In this document: positions 48,471 to 57,283 of the stretch, in pieces
How positions within the stretch are numbered: position 1 is the stretch's first letter
Layout: the number at the start of each line of letters is the position of its first letter
Sequence record: KT895374.1
Length of the DNA stretch: 64,000 nucleotides
Strand: one strand, 5' to 3'
The notes under the pieces: generated by a model
Database searches by the model: none
Told to the model about the DNA's origin: nothing
Seen by the model: only the letters and a program-made list of their open reading frames with translations
Translations under genes and position numbers: made by a program

Positions 48471-48586
48471 TAATTTGGCTCACTTCTATAGTAATATAGA
48501 TGTTAAAAGTTCTTTAATTTCTGGGAACTCCTTAGAATTCTAATTTATTAGAAATTGGACAATCAGAAGCGAAGATTAATAAATCT

Positions 48587-48598
48587 AACAATCTATTA
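48587..48598 (+). promoter_or_regulatory. intron-internal late promoter AACA-ATCTAT-TA
   Basis: ~22 nt upstream of the endonuclease start; identical to the motif at 30110. Confidence 0.6.
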
Positions 48599-48619
48599 AA
48601 TAAATAGGTTAAGTTAGAG

Positions 48620-49546
48620 GTGAATGTTATGGAAAATTTTTCAAACAAAGTTAATAGTTTAGATGAAAATTTTATTTTTATCGAAGGAGATTATACAAGT
48701 TTTAAAGATACTAAAATAAAAGTCATGCATAGAAATTGTAAAAGTGTCTTTGAAATTAAGTATAAGAGTTTTAAAAGAAGGCAAAAATGCCCTAATTGTT
48801 TACCAAATAGAAAATCAAACTTAGACGAATTTAAAAGAAAATTATCAGATTATAGTAAAGGGAAAATTATAGTTTTAGATGATAATTATAAAAATAATAG
48901 AACTCCTTTAATGGTTATGGGTAGAGATTGTGGACATAAATGGTCTTCCAGACCTGATAATCTCTTAAAAGGTCATGGATGTCCAAAATGTAATGGTGGA
49001 TCAAGAATAAATCATGAAGATTTTATTTTTGAGGTTAATAGATTAACTAATAATGAATATGAAGTTATTGGTAGTTATATCAATAATAAGACTAAAATAA
49101 CCTTAAGACATAAAATTTGTGATAATAATTGGGAAGTAACACCATTGAACTTTATTCATAATTATACAAGGTGTCCATTTTGTAAGAAAACATCTAAAGG
49201 GGAATCAGCTATAATAGATTGGTTGGATAAAAATAAATTCGACTATGAAAGAGAATTTACTATTGATAAGTGTAAAAATAAGAATAAACTAAGGTTTGAT
49301 TTTATGGTTAAAATAGACGATATATTTTGTCTAATTGAATTTGATGGTAAACAGCATTTTAAAACTGGTGGTTTCTTTGATGAAGAATATATGTCAAAAA
49401 TAAAAAATAATGACCTAATAAAAAATAATTTTTGTCAAAAAAATAACATTCCCTTATTAAGAATAAATTATTTAGAAATAAATAATATAGACAATATTCT
49501 TGATAAATTTATTAATAACGTTCAACGACTATCGAAAGCTTATTAA
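48620..49546 (+). CDS. intron-encoded homing endonuclease (Zn-ribbon repeats + PD-(D/E)xK/Vsr-like nuclease)
   Basis: three CxxC-bearing repeats (HRNC..CPNC, RDCGH..CPKC, HKIC..CPFC) then KGE..EREF..RFDF..IEFDGKQHF..KNNFC..IPLLRI; 3' end overlaps intron R element. Confidence 0.8.
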   Translation: MNVMENFSNKVNSLDENFIFIEGDYTSFKDTKIKVMHRNCKSVFEIKYKSFKRRQKCPNCLPNRKSNLDEFKRKLSDYSKGKIIVLDDNYKNNRTPLMVMGRDCGHKWSSRPDNLLKGHGCPKCNGGSRINHEDFIFEVNRLTNNEYEVIGSYINNKTKITLRHKICDNNWEVTPLNFIHNYTRCPFCKKTSKGESAIIDWLDKNKFDYEREFTIDKCKNKNKLRFDFMVKIDDIFCLIEFDGKQHFKTGGFFDEEYMSKIKNNDLIKNNFCQKNNIPLLRINYLEINNIDNILDKFINNVQRLSKAY

Positions 49547-49691
49547 TAAGTGAGTAGAGTACACTGTAAGCGATTGACAGTGGAAACAGGAACTATCCTA
49601 CTGGGATAAAGATATAGTCTAATCTTATGGGAAACCATAAGCAGTTCATTAGGGAACGTATTAATGTGTAGCGACATTAATAGAATATACG

Positions 49692-50012
49692 CAAGTTACA
49701 GGAGATTCACAGGTTGCTAAGATCAACCAAACAGAATCTTATTCAATGATTGCTATCGGCGCAAATGAAGGTCTTAAAGAGTTTTTAGGACCACGAGCTG
49801 ATTCACAGGTATCTAAAATGGATATGTATAAAAATATTAGTATGTACGGTTATACTAAATTAGAAGAGCTTTCTAGAGATATTACTGAAAATCAAACTCT
49901 AAATACTTTGTATATCAGTCTAATGGGTGCAGGTCTATCTAATGATCTATTGAAGGAAGATATTTCTAAAGAAGATTTAGAAAAGAAAATTCTTAAACAA
50001 ATCAATAAATAA
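49692..50012 (+). CDS. virion RNAP beta C-terminal fragment, exon 2 (spliced ~483 aa)
   Basis: QVTGDSQVAKINQTESYSMIAIGANEGLKEFLGPRAD continues the gp149-like pattern. Confidence 0.7.
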   Translation, partial: QVTGDSQVAKINQTESYSMIAIGANEGLKEFLGPRADSQVSKMDMYKNISMYGYTKLEELSRDITENQTLNTLYISLMGAGLSNDLLKEDISKEDLEKKILKQINK

Positions 50013-50026
50013 AATTATACTCTGAG

Positions 50027-50485
50027 GTGACAATTTTGTCTAAAAAAGTTATTTATACTAAAAGTGATTTTAAAGCAAATTTCGTGAGATCTACTCTTCT
50101 ATTTGAAACTAATAAGCTAGAGTCTCATAAACCTGAAACACTATTAGTTAGCAAAAGTCTAAAAACCAATTATACAGTTTTTGATGCACATATTGATGGT
50201 CTTTCTAATAATTTAGGTGGAGCACAATGTCATTTCTTTATTGATTCAGTTGGAGATATTTATGAAGCTCTTGATTCATTATCAGCTTCATCTAGAGGTA
50301 AAGGATTAATTGTCGTTACTATTGAATGTAATTCTAAAGATGATTTAAAAGAGCCTCAAATTGAATCTTTAAAAGAGTTAGCTGAAAAATTAAATGAAGA
50401 TTTATCAATTAAAGCATTAAAACTAGATTCTGGTTTAACAAAAGATAATTTCCCAGTTAAAGAAATTGAAAACTTATTAAAATAA
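50027..50485 (+). CDS. degenerate Amidase_2-like protein
   Basis: CHFFIDSVGDIYE...IVVTIE...QIESLKELAEKL resembles amidase fold; no clear Zn-ligand HxT motif. Confidence 0.45.
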   Translation: MTILSKKVIYTKSDFKANFVRSTLLFETNKLESHKPETLLVSKSLKTNYTVFDAHIDGLSNNLGGAQCHFFIDSVGDIYEALDSLSASSRGKGLIVVTIECNSKDDLKEPQIESLKELAEKLNEDLSIKALKLDSGLTKDNFPVKEIENLLK

Positions 50486-50490
50486 TAAAT

Positions 50491-50534
50491 AAAATAGAAA
50501 TGTCATTTATTTTTGAATGACATTTCTATTTTTT
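50491..50534 (+). terminator. intrinsic terminator
   Basis: AAAATAGAAATGTCATT...AATGACATTTCTATTTT. Confidence 0.85.
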
Positions 50535-50538
50535 ATTG

Positions 50539-50550
50539 AACAAAATAATA
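50539..50550 (+). promoter_or_regulatory. putative late promoter AACA-AAATAA-TA
   Basis: directly after terminator. Confidence 0.55.
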
Positions 50551-50586
50551 GTTCCCAAATAAGAAAGAAAGGATGATTAAAAAATA

Positions 50587-51567
50587 ATGGGCGACAAGCA
50601 TAGAATAACCTTAAACATTCTAACTCTAGTTGCTTTTGTAATGACAGCGGTTGTTCTAGGTTTAGGAAATTATACAATTAACATAGCAAATTCCACTAAA
50701 GACGAATTAAATAAATCTGTAGAAATGCAAAATCGTCAATACGCTAGGAATTTCTTATTATATTTAAATGATCGATTAACTCAAGATGTAGAGAATAAAA
50801 AAGTTAATGTTAATGATGATAATGACCTAATTAAATGGGCATCAGATAACCTTAGAACAACAAAGTCAGATTCAACTTATGCTAGTTTTTCAATGATTAA
50901 AGTAAGATTTGATAATGAGAAAAATGATTTAGTTGGAGATTATCTCTGGAGTTCATCTGCTAGTTTGTCATCCCCTATTGATAGTACAATTAGGGAATCT
51001 AGAGGGAGATCAACTCTAGACATTATTATTGATCAGAAGAGGGCTAAAGATTATTTTAGTTCACAAAACAGTAAACTCTCAAAATCAAATATCTTAACCT
51101 ATAAAGAATTAAGGGATAATGAACTTTATGGGCAGAAGACTATTAAAGAATTACTTGATAAGAAGATTGTCCGTTTCAAAAATCCAGAACAGGTTCAAAA
51201 AGCTCTAGATGAAATGTATCAGGGAACTATTACAAAAAATAATGATACTTATACTTGGCTTTCTAACCTTAATGATAAAAGTAGATATCTTATTGAATGG
51301 ACTACCGTTCCTTCAGAATCTAGTATTGGACTAAATAACGAACAAAAAACAATTAAAGGTTTTATTAACCCAGAATATAAGAGATTGGTAATTGTTACCG
51401 CTATGGATAGTGCTTATATTAAGAAATCTTTTGAAGATCAATTTACTGAATTAAATTCAGTTATTCAATATGTGAGAATTTTCACAATATTATTTGTACT
51501 ATTTGTAATTGGGATTTTAGTTTATTGTACTTGGTTACTTTATCATCCTGCTAAAAAGAAAAAATAA
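50587..51567 (+). CDS. two-TM membrane protein with ~260-aa extracytoplasmic domain
   Basis: hydrophobic helices at both ends, KKKK cytoplasmic tail. Confidence 0.7.
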   Translation: MGDKHRITLNILTLVAFVMTAVVLGLGNYTINIANSTKDELNKSVEMQNRQYARNFLLYLNDRLTQDVENKKVNVNDDNDLIKWASDNLRTTKSDSTYASFSMIKVRFDNEKNDLVGDYLWSSSASLSSPIDSTIRESRGRSTLDIIIDQKRAKDYFSSQNSKLSKSNILTYKELRDNELYGQKTIKELLDKKIVRFKNPEQVQKALDEMYQGTITKNNDTYTWLSNLNDKSRYLIEWTTVPSESSIGLNNEQKTIKGFINPEYKRLVIVTAMDSAYIKKSFEDQFTELNSVIQYVRIFTILFVLFVIGILVYCTWLLYHPAKKKK

Positions 51568-51592
51568 TAGAGAAGGAGCAATGTAGAGGCAT

Positions 51593-52033
51593 ATGAACCA
51601 TAATGATGATTTAGTTAAAATTTTATGGCTTATTGTTATCAGCTTCTTTTCTGCTTTTGCAAAGGAATTAAATGATAGAGCAAAAGATCCAAAAGTAACC
51701 TTTCTCCTTTTTATATCTGAGGTATTATTAAATGGTGTTTGTGGGGCAATTACAGGAATACTCATGTTTAACTTAACTGACAACATTTATACTGTGTCGG
51801 CTGTAGCGGCTATTGGGGGTCTTATGGGAATGAGTTTTCTTAAACAAGTATTGAAGATAGTACTTCTTTATATCACTAGTCTTAAGAATATTAAATTAGA
51901 AGACCTCCAAAAAGTTAACTTAGGCGATGAGGATGATAAAAAAGAGGAAAATAAAAGTGGTGGTCAAATTGCTCAAGATCAAAATACAAAGGCAGTAGAG
52001 AAAGATAATGAGAAAACCACAGACACCGAATAA
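51593..52033 (+). CDS. putative holin (LydA-like)
   Basis: three hydrophobic segments with small-residue motifs (GVCGAITG, AAIGGLMG) and charged C-tail. Confidence 0.55.
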   Translation: MNHNDDLVKILWLIVISFFSAFAKELNDRAKDPKVTFLLFISEVLLNGVCGAITGILMFNLTDNIYTVSAVAAIGGLMGMSFLKQVLKIVLLYITSLKNIKLEDLQKVNLGDEDDKKEENKSGGQIAQDQNTKAVEKDNEKTTDTE

Positions 52034-52149
52034 ATTTACAAGTATCAAATTTAAATATATAGAGGTAATCAAGGTTACTAAACTAAGTTTTGGTTCATAG
52101 AAAACTTATTTTAATAATCTTGATTACTTTTATTTTTATGAAAATTCCT

Positions 52150-52161
52150 AACAGTTAATTG
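52150..52161 (+). promoter_or_regulatory. putative late promoter AACA-GTTAAT-TG
   Basis: upstream of RecA-like gene. Confidence 0.45.
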
Positions 52162-52200
52162 TTATTTTATAAAACTAAGAAACTTGGGGGAGAAATTTAT

Positions 52201-53481
52201 ATGACACTAGATTTAACTGGATTTATTAAAGATATGATTAAAAAAGAAAAGCTTGGAGAAGAAGCAAGATTTGTACCATCTTATAGGACTGGACTAGACG
52301 CTCTAGATTATCGTATTGGTAAATATGATGAAGGAGAAAAAGTTATCGGTTTAGAAGGTGGTAAAATTGTTACGGTTATTGGTAAATCAGGTGTTGGTAA
52401 AACTTCTATGGTAATCGATATTGCAAAAAATATTGTAGATCCATTTAAATATAGTAATATTATTCATCTAGATTATGAGCGTTCAACATCTATGTCTCGT
52501 ATTAGACAGGTAACTGGATGGAGTACAGAAAAAGCTGAGAGTAAATATATTCTGTTGAATAGAGAAATCTACAGTGATACTCTTTTCCAACTTATTAAAA
52601 AGACAGCTAGAATGAAGGTTGAAAAATTTAATGAATTGAAAATTGATACTGGTAAAGTAGATAATGACGGAAATCCAATTTTTGTTCTTCCTCCTACTGT
52701 TATTATTGTAGACTCTTGGGCTTTACTTACCCCAAAAGAACTTGATGAAAAGGATGAACTATCAGGTTCTATGACTGCTGCAGCAATTGCAAAAACAAAT
52801 AACCAAATTATGAAGAGATCTGTTTCTGAATTAGAGAGAGGAAATATTATGCTTCTGGTAATTAACCATATTAACCAGAAAATTGATATTAATCCAATGC
52901 AGAAGACTCAAGCACAGGTTAACTATATGAAACAAGATGAGTCTATTCCTGGAGGTGGTTCAGCAATCTACCTAGCTAATACTCTAATTAAGTTAGTAGC
53001 TTCCTCCAAACTAGAAAAAGATAAAGATTTTGGTATTAAAGGATTTAAAGTTAATATTGAAATTCTTAAATCACGTTCTAATGAAGCAGGATCTAAAGTT
53101 GAGACTATTTACAGTCAAGAGAAAGGTTATCAAAATACTCTAACTAGCTTTAACTTACTTAAACCATATTTAAAAGGTAATGGTCGTGCTTATTATTATG
53201 AAGAATTACCTGATGTTAAATTTACTCAAAAGAACTTTGAAGAAAAATATAACTCAATCCCTGAATTAAAAGAAGTATTTGATAAAAAAGTTGATGAAGT
53301 ATTATCAGAATATTTATCTGGTGAGAGCGATCCTTTCTTAAATGAACCAGAAGATGGATTTAATATTATTGAGGAATTAGCTGATGGTTATTTTCTAGTA
53401 GAAGATCCAAAAACAAAAGAGCAGTTTAGATATGATCAAAAAACTGGTGAAGCTACACCTATTGAAGTAGAAAAAGGTTAA
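52201..53481 (+). CDS. RecA/UvsX-like recombinase ATPase
   Basis: Walker A GKSGVGKTS, LDYER, Walker B IIVDS, INHINQK, PGGGSAIYLANTLIKL, KSR; GGGGGAG SD before ATG 52201. Confidence 0.8.
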   Translation: MTLDLTGFIKDMIKKEKLGEEARFVPSYRTGLDALDYRIGKYDEGEKVIGLEGGKIVTVIGKSGVGKTSMVIDIAKNIVDPFKYSNIIHLDYERSTSMSRIRQVTGWSTEKAESKYILLNREIYSDTLFQLIKKTARMKVEKFNELKIDTGKVDNDGNPIFVLPPTVIIVDSWALLTPKELDEKDELSGSMTAAAIAKTNNQIMKRSVSELERGNIMLLVINHINQKIDINPMQKTQAQVNYMKQDESIPGGGSAIYLANTLIKLVASSKLEKDKDFGIKGFKVNIEILKSRSNEAGSKVETIYSQEKGYQNTLTSFNLLKPYLKGNGRAYYYEELPDVKFTQKNFEEKYNSIPELKEVFDKKVDEVLSEYLSGESDPFLNEPEDGFNIIEELADGYFLVEDPKTKEQFRYDQKTGEATPIEVEKG

Positions 53482-53498
53482 TAATAAATAAATTATAT

Positions 53499-53545
53499 TT
53501 TGAGATAATATTCTATTAATTTAGAATATTATCTCAAAGAGTTTT
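53499..53545 (+). terminator. long hairpin / probable terminator
   Basis: TTTGAGATAATATTCTA-ttaatt-TAGAATATTATCTCAAA. Confidence 0.6.
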
Positions 53546-53693
53546 TTAAATATTTAATATAATAATGTTAGTAAATAATGTTGGAAAGGTAAAAGAAATT
53601 ATGTAAAAATAAAGTATATGGAGGTAGATAATTTTTAATTTAGAAATATATAAATTGCGTATTTTATTATCAATTAGGGGGATTAATAAGTAA

Positions 53694-54801
53694 ATGAATG
53701 ATATTAATGAAATTAAGAATGAGGATTATGAAAACTCACATCGATTTCTAGCAGAAGAAGTTTTAATTCCAAACGCAAATAAAACAGACGCTAACAGATC
53801 AACTATGTTTTGTTCACATCTAGCACAAGCTATTACATTAAAACATTCAGAACCACCTTTGGTCTATACTAACTTTGAAAATCAAGTAGGGCAACATTCA
53901 ACTGTAGGATATAAAAAAGCAAATGCAAACTATCAGGTAATTAAAAAGATTAATAAAAACAGATACAATTATATCATGATTGTACAAAATACAGAAACTA
54001 AAGAGTATCATTATTTCAATAGAAATGAATGTGAATGGTTGACTGAACATTATGGGTTTAAATGGAATAATGAATTAATTGATTCATTAGAGGAAGAAGA
54101 CATCTTAGAGACCGATGATGTTCTATACAGAAATGACTGTTATGATGAAAATATGAACTTTGGTTATGGTGTAAATCTAAATGCTGTTTATTTCACATAT
54201 GCAAACCAAACGTTAGAAGATGCTTGTGTTATCTCTGAATCAGCCGCTAAAAAGTTAACAAGCTATAGTGTTAAAAAACTAGAAGTTACTGTTAACACAA
54301 ATGATATCTTGTTAAATCTTTATGGTGACGATGTAGAATATAAGTGTTTCCCTGATCTTGGAGAGGAAATTAAGAATCAGATTATTACAGCTAGAAGACG
54401 AGTTAATTATGAAACAATGATCTATGAGTTGAAAAATACTAAAGATCTAAAAGAAAATGACACACCTTTTTATACAGATGGTAAGATTGTTGACATTGAA
54501 ATCTTCTCTAATATGGATGAAGAGGAACTAGAAAAACAAACATACAATAGTCAGATTAAAAAATACATTAGAATGCAGGATAAGTATTCAAAAGAAATTT
54601 ACACTGAATTAAAAGATATTGTAGAGAATAAATCAAATAAAATTTCTGATGAATTGATTCATCTCTATAATAATCATAAAAAGCGTATTGATGAAAATTC
54701 AGTATTTGTTCACCAGAAGAGTGAATTCAATGGGTTTATTATTCACTTTACTGTTTTAGAAGAGGAAGCCTTGAATAAGGGTTCAAAAATTACGGGGAGA
54801 T
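53694..54801 (+). CDS. non-virion RNAP beta subunit C-terminal fragment (AR9 gp089 / phiKZ gp71-73-like), exon 1
   Basis: NRSTMFCSHLAQA, GVNLNAVY...TLEDACVISES, KGSKITGR (beta GDK..GRHGNKG motif). Confidence 0.85.
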
Positions 54802-55098
54802 TTGTTTCTGGGTCTCCGTATAGTAGTGATACTATACTAGAAATTTCTCTAACTGCTGGAACATCCTATATTTTATAGGACAATCAGCATCCAAGCCTCT
54901 TTTAGAGGAAGGTTCAACGACTATCGAAAGTCTATTAATAAATAGATTAGTAGAGTACACTGTAAGCGATTGACAGTGGAAATGGGAAACTCTCTTTTTA
55001 GAGATGAAGATATAGTCTCATCTATATGGTAACATATAGCAGTTCATAAGAGAACGCATTAGATAGTAGCGTATCTAGTGGAAGGTGTAATTATAGTG
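54802..55098 (+). ncRNA. group I intron 1 of nvRNAP beta (297 nt, no ORF)
   Basis: P1 exon GGAGAU with IGS GUCUCC (54812-17, U.G at splice site); P10 GTTTCTGG with exon-2 TCGGGAAC; P AACTGCTGGAA, Q AATCAGCATCCAAG, R GTTCAACGACTA, S AAGATATAGTCT; ends in G. Confidence 0.9.
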
Positions 55099-55112
55099 TC
55101 GGGAACAAGGGT
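55099..55112 (+). CDS. nvRNAP beta exon 2 (14-nt micro-exon completing F-G-N-K-G)
   Basis: T+TC GGG AAC AAG GGT restores KITGRFGNKG. Confidence 0.88.
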
Positions 55113-55197
55113 AAGCTAATAATGCCCCATTATACAGTAATGTATAATTGCAAACCTCTTTAACTGCTGGAAATCCAAATAATTTTACACCCAAGTA

Positions 55198-55209
55198 AAC
55201 ATTAAATTA
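55198..55209 (+). promoter_or_regulatory. intron-internal late promoter AACA-TTAAAT-TA
   Basis: ~24 nt upstream of the LAGLIDADG start. Confidence 0.55.
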
Positions 55210-55232
55210 ATAAAATTTAATGAGGTGTAATT

Positions 55233-55922
55233 ATGGACAATCAGCATCCAAGCTTATTAGTTAATGAAGATGAGTGTTTTCAATTATTGATTGGTACTTT
55301 ATTAGGAGATTCTACAATTGAAAAGAAGAATAGATCAATAGTAAATACACAGTCAATAATTCATAGAGATTATGTAGAAATGAAATATAATATTTTTAAA
55401 AAATATTATAAGGTTGGAGTTTTGGGAGAAAGTAAAAACTGGGGAACAAACCCAAAAGAAGAGTTAAGAGTGGGTATTAGATATAGAATTTGGGATAAAG
55501 AACTATCAAATAAAATTGAAAGAATTATGTTTGATGAAAACCATAAGAGAATTATTCCAAATGATTTAAATATAATTACACCATTAACTCTTTTATTTTG
55601 GTATTTAGATGATGGAGCATTTATTGTTAGAGATAACGGCAAATATATTAGAAGAAGTTTAAGAATTGGATTGAAATCTTTTAGTGATGAAAGTATACTG
55701 AGACTGATAGATTATTTAAAAGAAAAGTATGATATTTCCTTTAGGGCAGAATATGATAAAGGTAGAAATACTATTTTAAAAATCTGTATGGAATCAGTAA
55801 AAGAGATTGCTAAATTCTTAGAATTAATGTATCCATTTTATAATTATATCCCAAAGAGCCTTAATTATAAATTTCAACCATATTTCAAAGAAACTCATTT
55901 ATCTCATCTTAATCTAGTCTAA
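55233..55922 (+). CDS. intron-encoded LAGLIDADG homing endonuclease (LAGLIDADG_2 type)
   Basis: QLLIGTLLGDS and LTLLFWYLDDG motifs; GAGGTG SD. Confidence 0.85.
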   Translation: MDNQHPSLLVNEDECFQLLIGTLLGDSTIEKKNRSIVNTQSIIHRDYVEMKYNIFKKYYKVGVLGESKNWGTNPKEELRVGIRYRIWDKELSNKIERIMFDENHKRIIPNDLNIITPLTLLFWYLDDGAFIVRDNGKYIRRSLRIGLKSFSDESILRLIDYLKEKYDISFRAEYDKGRNTILKICMESVKEIAKFLELMYPFYNYIPKSLNYKFQPYFKETHLSHLNLV

Positions 55923-56098
55923 CTAATAAGAAGGTTCAACGACTATCGAAAGCATAGGTTTATAAGGGATTATGAACTGAATAAGCGAGTAGAGTACACT
56001 ATATATTATAGTGGAAAAGGGAGGTATCCTATCTATCTAGACCAGATATATAGGATAATGATATAGTCTGATCCTCATAGTAATATGAGAAAATTATG

Positions 56099-56194
56099 GT
56101 TATTAGCGAAATCGTACCAGATGATAAAATGCCTACTGTTCAAGAAGGTAAATTTAAGGGATTGAAAGCTGATATTGCTTTGAATCCGTTGGGT
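56099..56194 (+). CDS. nvRNAP beta exon 3 (96 nt)
   Basis: VISEIVPDDKMPTVQEGKFKGLKADIALNPLG, matching beta VIS.I.P..DMP...DI.LNPLG. Confidence 0.9.
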
Positions 56195-56482
56195 AATAAA
56201 ATGCCCAACTAAAACTCTCTTAACTGCTGGAAACTCTTTAGAGACTTTAGTACCTATTGGTAATAATCTAAAGTATTAGACAATCAGCATCCAAGCTCCT
56301 TTAGGAGAAGGTTCAACGACTATCGAAAGCTTATCAATAAGTGAGTAGAGTACAATACAAGTGTATTGGAAACAGAGAGTACTCTTAGAGTAAAGATATA
56401 GTCTCAACTCTAAAGAAATTTAGAGGATTCTATTTCATTATAGAATCGTAATCAAAGTGACGTTTGATTGCAAAGATAATTG
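56195..56482 (+). ncRNA. group I intron 3 of nvRNAP beta (288 nt, no ORF)
   Basis: 7-bp P1 GUUGGGU/GCCCAAC; P, Q, R, S motifs; ends in G. Confidence 0.9.
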
Positions 56483-57232
56483 GTTTTTAATAGGCTAAAC
56501 CCAAGTCAACTTATAGAACAGGAGCTAAACTGGATATCCAAACATATCCGAAAATATATTGAAGAAGAACAAGACCTTTCTAAGAAAGAAGAAATCTTAT
56601 TAGATTATCTTCAAGTGGTAAACAAAGAAGAAACAGAAATAATGAAAGAGTATATTAGCCATCTAGATAATAATCAGAAGGAAGAATTCTTTAATGAGTT
56701 AGTAGAAAAAGGTATTCCTATCTGTCAGAAACCCTTCTTTGATAATGTGGGTCTAGATGAACTATTCGCTCTTTATGAGAAATATGACGATATTGATTAT
56801 TTCAACTGTGAGGGAATTACTACACCGCTGATTATCGGAGAACTTTATTTCTTACGTCTTAAGCACGAACCCCAGAGTAAGTTCTCAGCAAGAAGTACAT
56901 CATTTATGAACTTAAGAAATCTACCTGCTAAGTCTAAGAGTTATAAAGAAAATAAAGAATTGCACTCCAAGACACCTGTAAGACTAGGTAATATGGAGAT
57001 TTCAAACTTAAGTCTAGTTAATGATATGGAACCTATTATGAATATGCTTAACTCATATTCTAATAATAAAACTAATAGAAGAGAATTAATTACACAACTC
57101 CTTACTGGAAATCCTTTTGATCCTGAAATTGAGTATACTGATATGGAATCCAACACAAGTAAAATTCTTAAAGCTCTAATGACTGGTCTTGGATTAAAAA
57201 TTGAAGATACTAATTCTGATGAAGAAGAATAA
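56483..57232 (+). CDS. nvRNAP beta exon 4 (spliced total 1968 nt, 655 aa)
   Basis: VFNRLNPSQLIE, RLKHEPQSKFSARS, PVRLGNMEISNL correspond to beta NPLGV.SR.N.GQ, KL.H....K.HARS, QRFGEME. Confidence 0.88.
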   Translation, partial: VFNRLNPSQLIEQELNWISKHIRKYIEEEQDLSKKEEILLDYLQVVNKEETEIMKEYISHLDNNQKEEFFNELVEKGIPICQKPFFDNVGLDELFALYEKYDDIDYFNCEGITTPLIIGELYFLRLKHEPQSKFSARSTSFMNLRNLPAKSKSYKENKELHSKTPVRLGNMEISNLSLVNDMEPIMNMLNSYSNNKTNRRELITQLLTGNPFDPEIEYTDMESNTSKILKALMTGLGLKIEDTNSDEEE

Positions 57233-57283
57233 ATAAAAATATAAAACACTTATTACATTCCTATTATATGGAATGTAATAAGT

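Larger units (their letters stand above)
48471..49691 (+). ncRNA. group I intron with endonuclease ORF
   Basis: exon ends GGGT, intron ends G; P10 TAATTTG pairs with exon-2 CAAGTTA; Q GGACAATCAGAAGCGAAG, R GTTCAACGACTA, S AAAGATATAGTCT; splicing gives MKTG-QVTGDSQ in frame. Confidence 0.9.
55113..56098 (+). ncRNA. group I intron 2 of nvRNAP beta (986 nt) with LAGLIDADG ORF
   Basis: P1 GGGU/GCCC; 9-bp P10 GCTAATAAT with exon-3 GTTATTAGC; P, Q, R, S core motifs; ends in G. Confidence 0.9.

Noticed and set aside
54802-54878. C-terminal extension VSGSPYSSDTILEISLTAGTSYIL of ORF 53694-54878
   Set aside because: Read-through into intron 1; the same applies to the terminal N of ORF 16952-17167 and to the apparent starts at 17573, 49746 and 56480, which lie inside exons or at the intron boundary
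47340-57232. Inteins or stop-codon recoding as explanation for the broken RNAP and gyrA genes
   Set aside because: Breaks contain group I P/Q/R/S motifs with matching P1/P10 pairing; no C...HN intein ends; long ORFs elsewhere use all three standard stops
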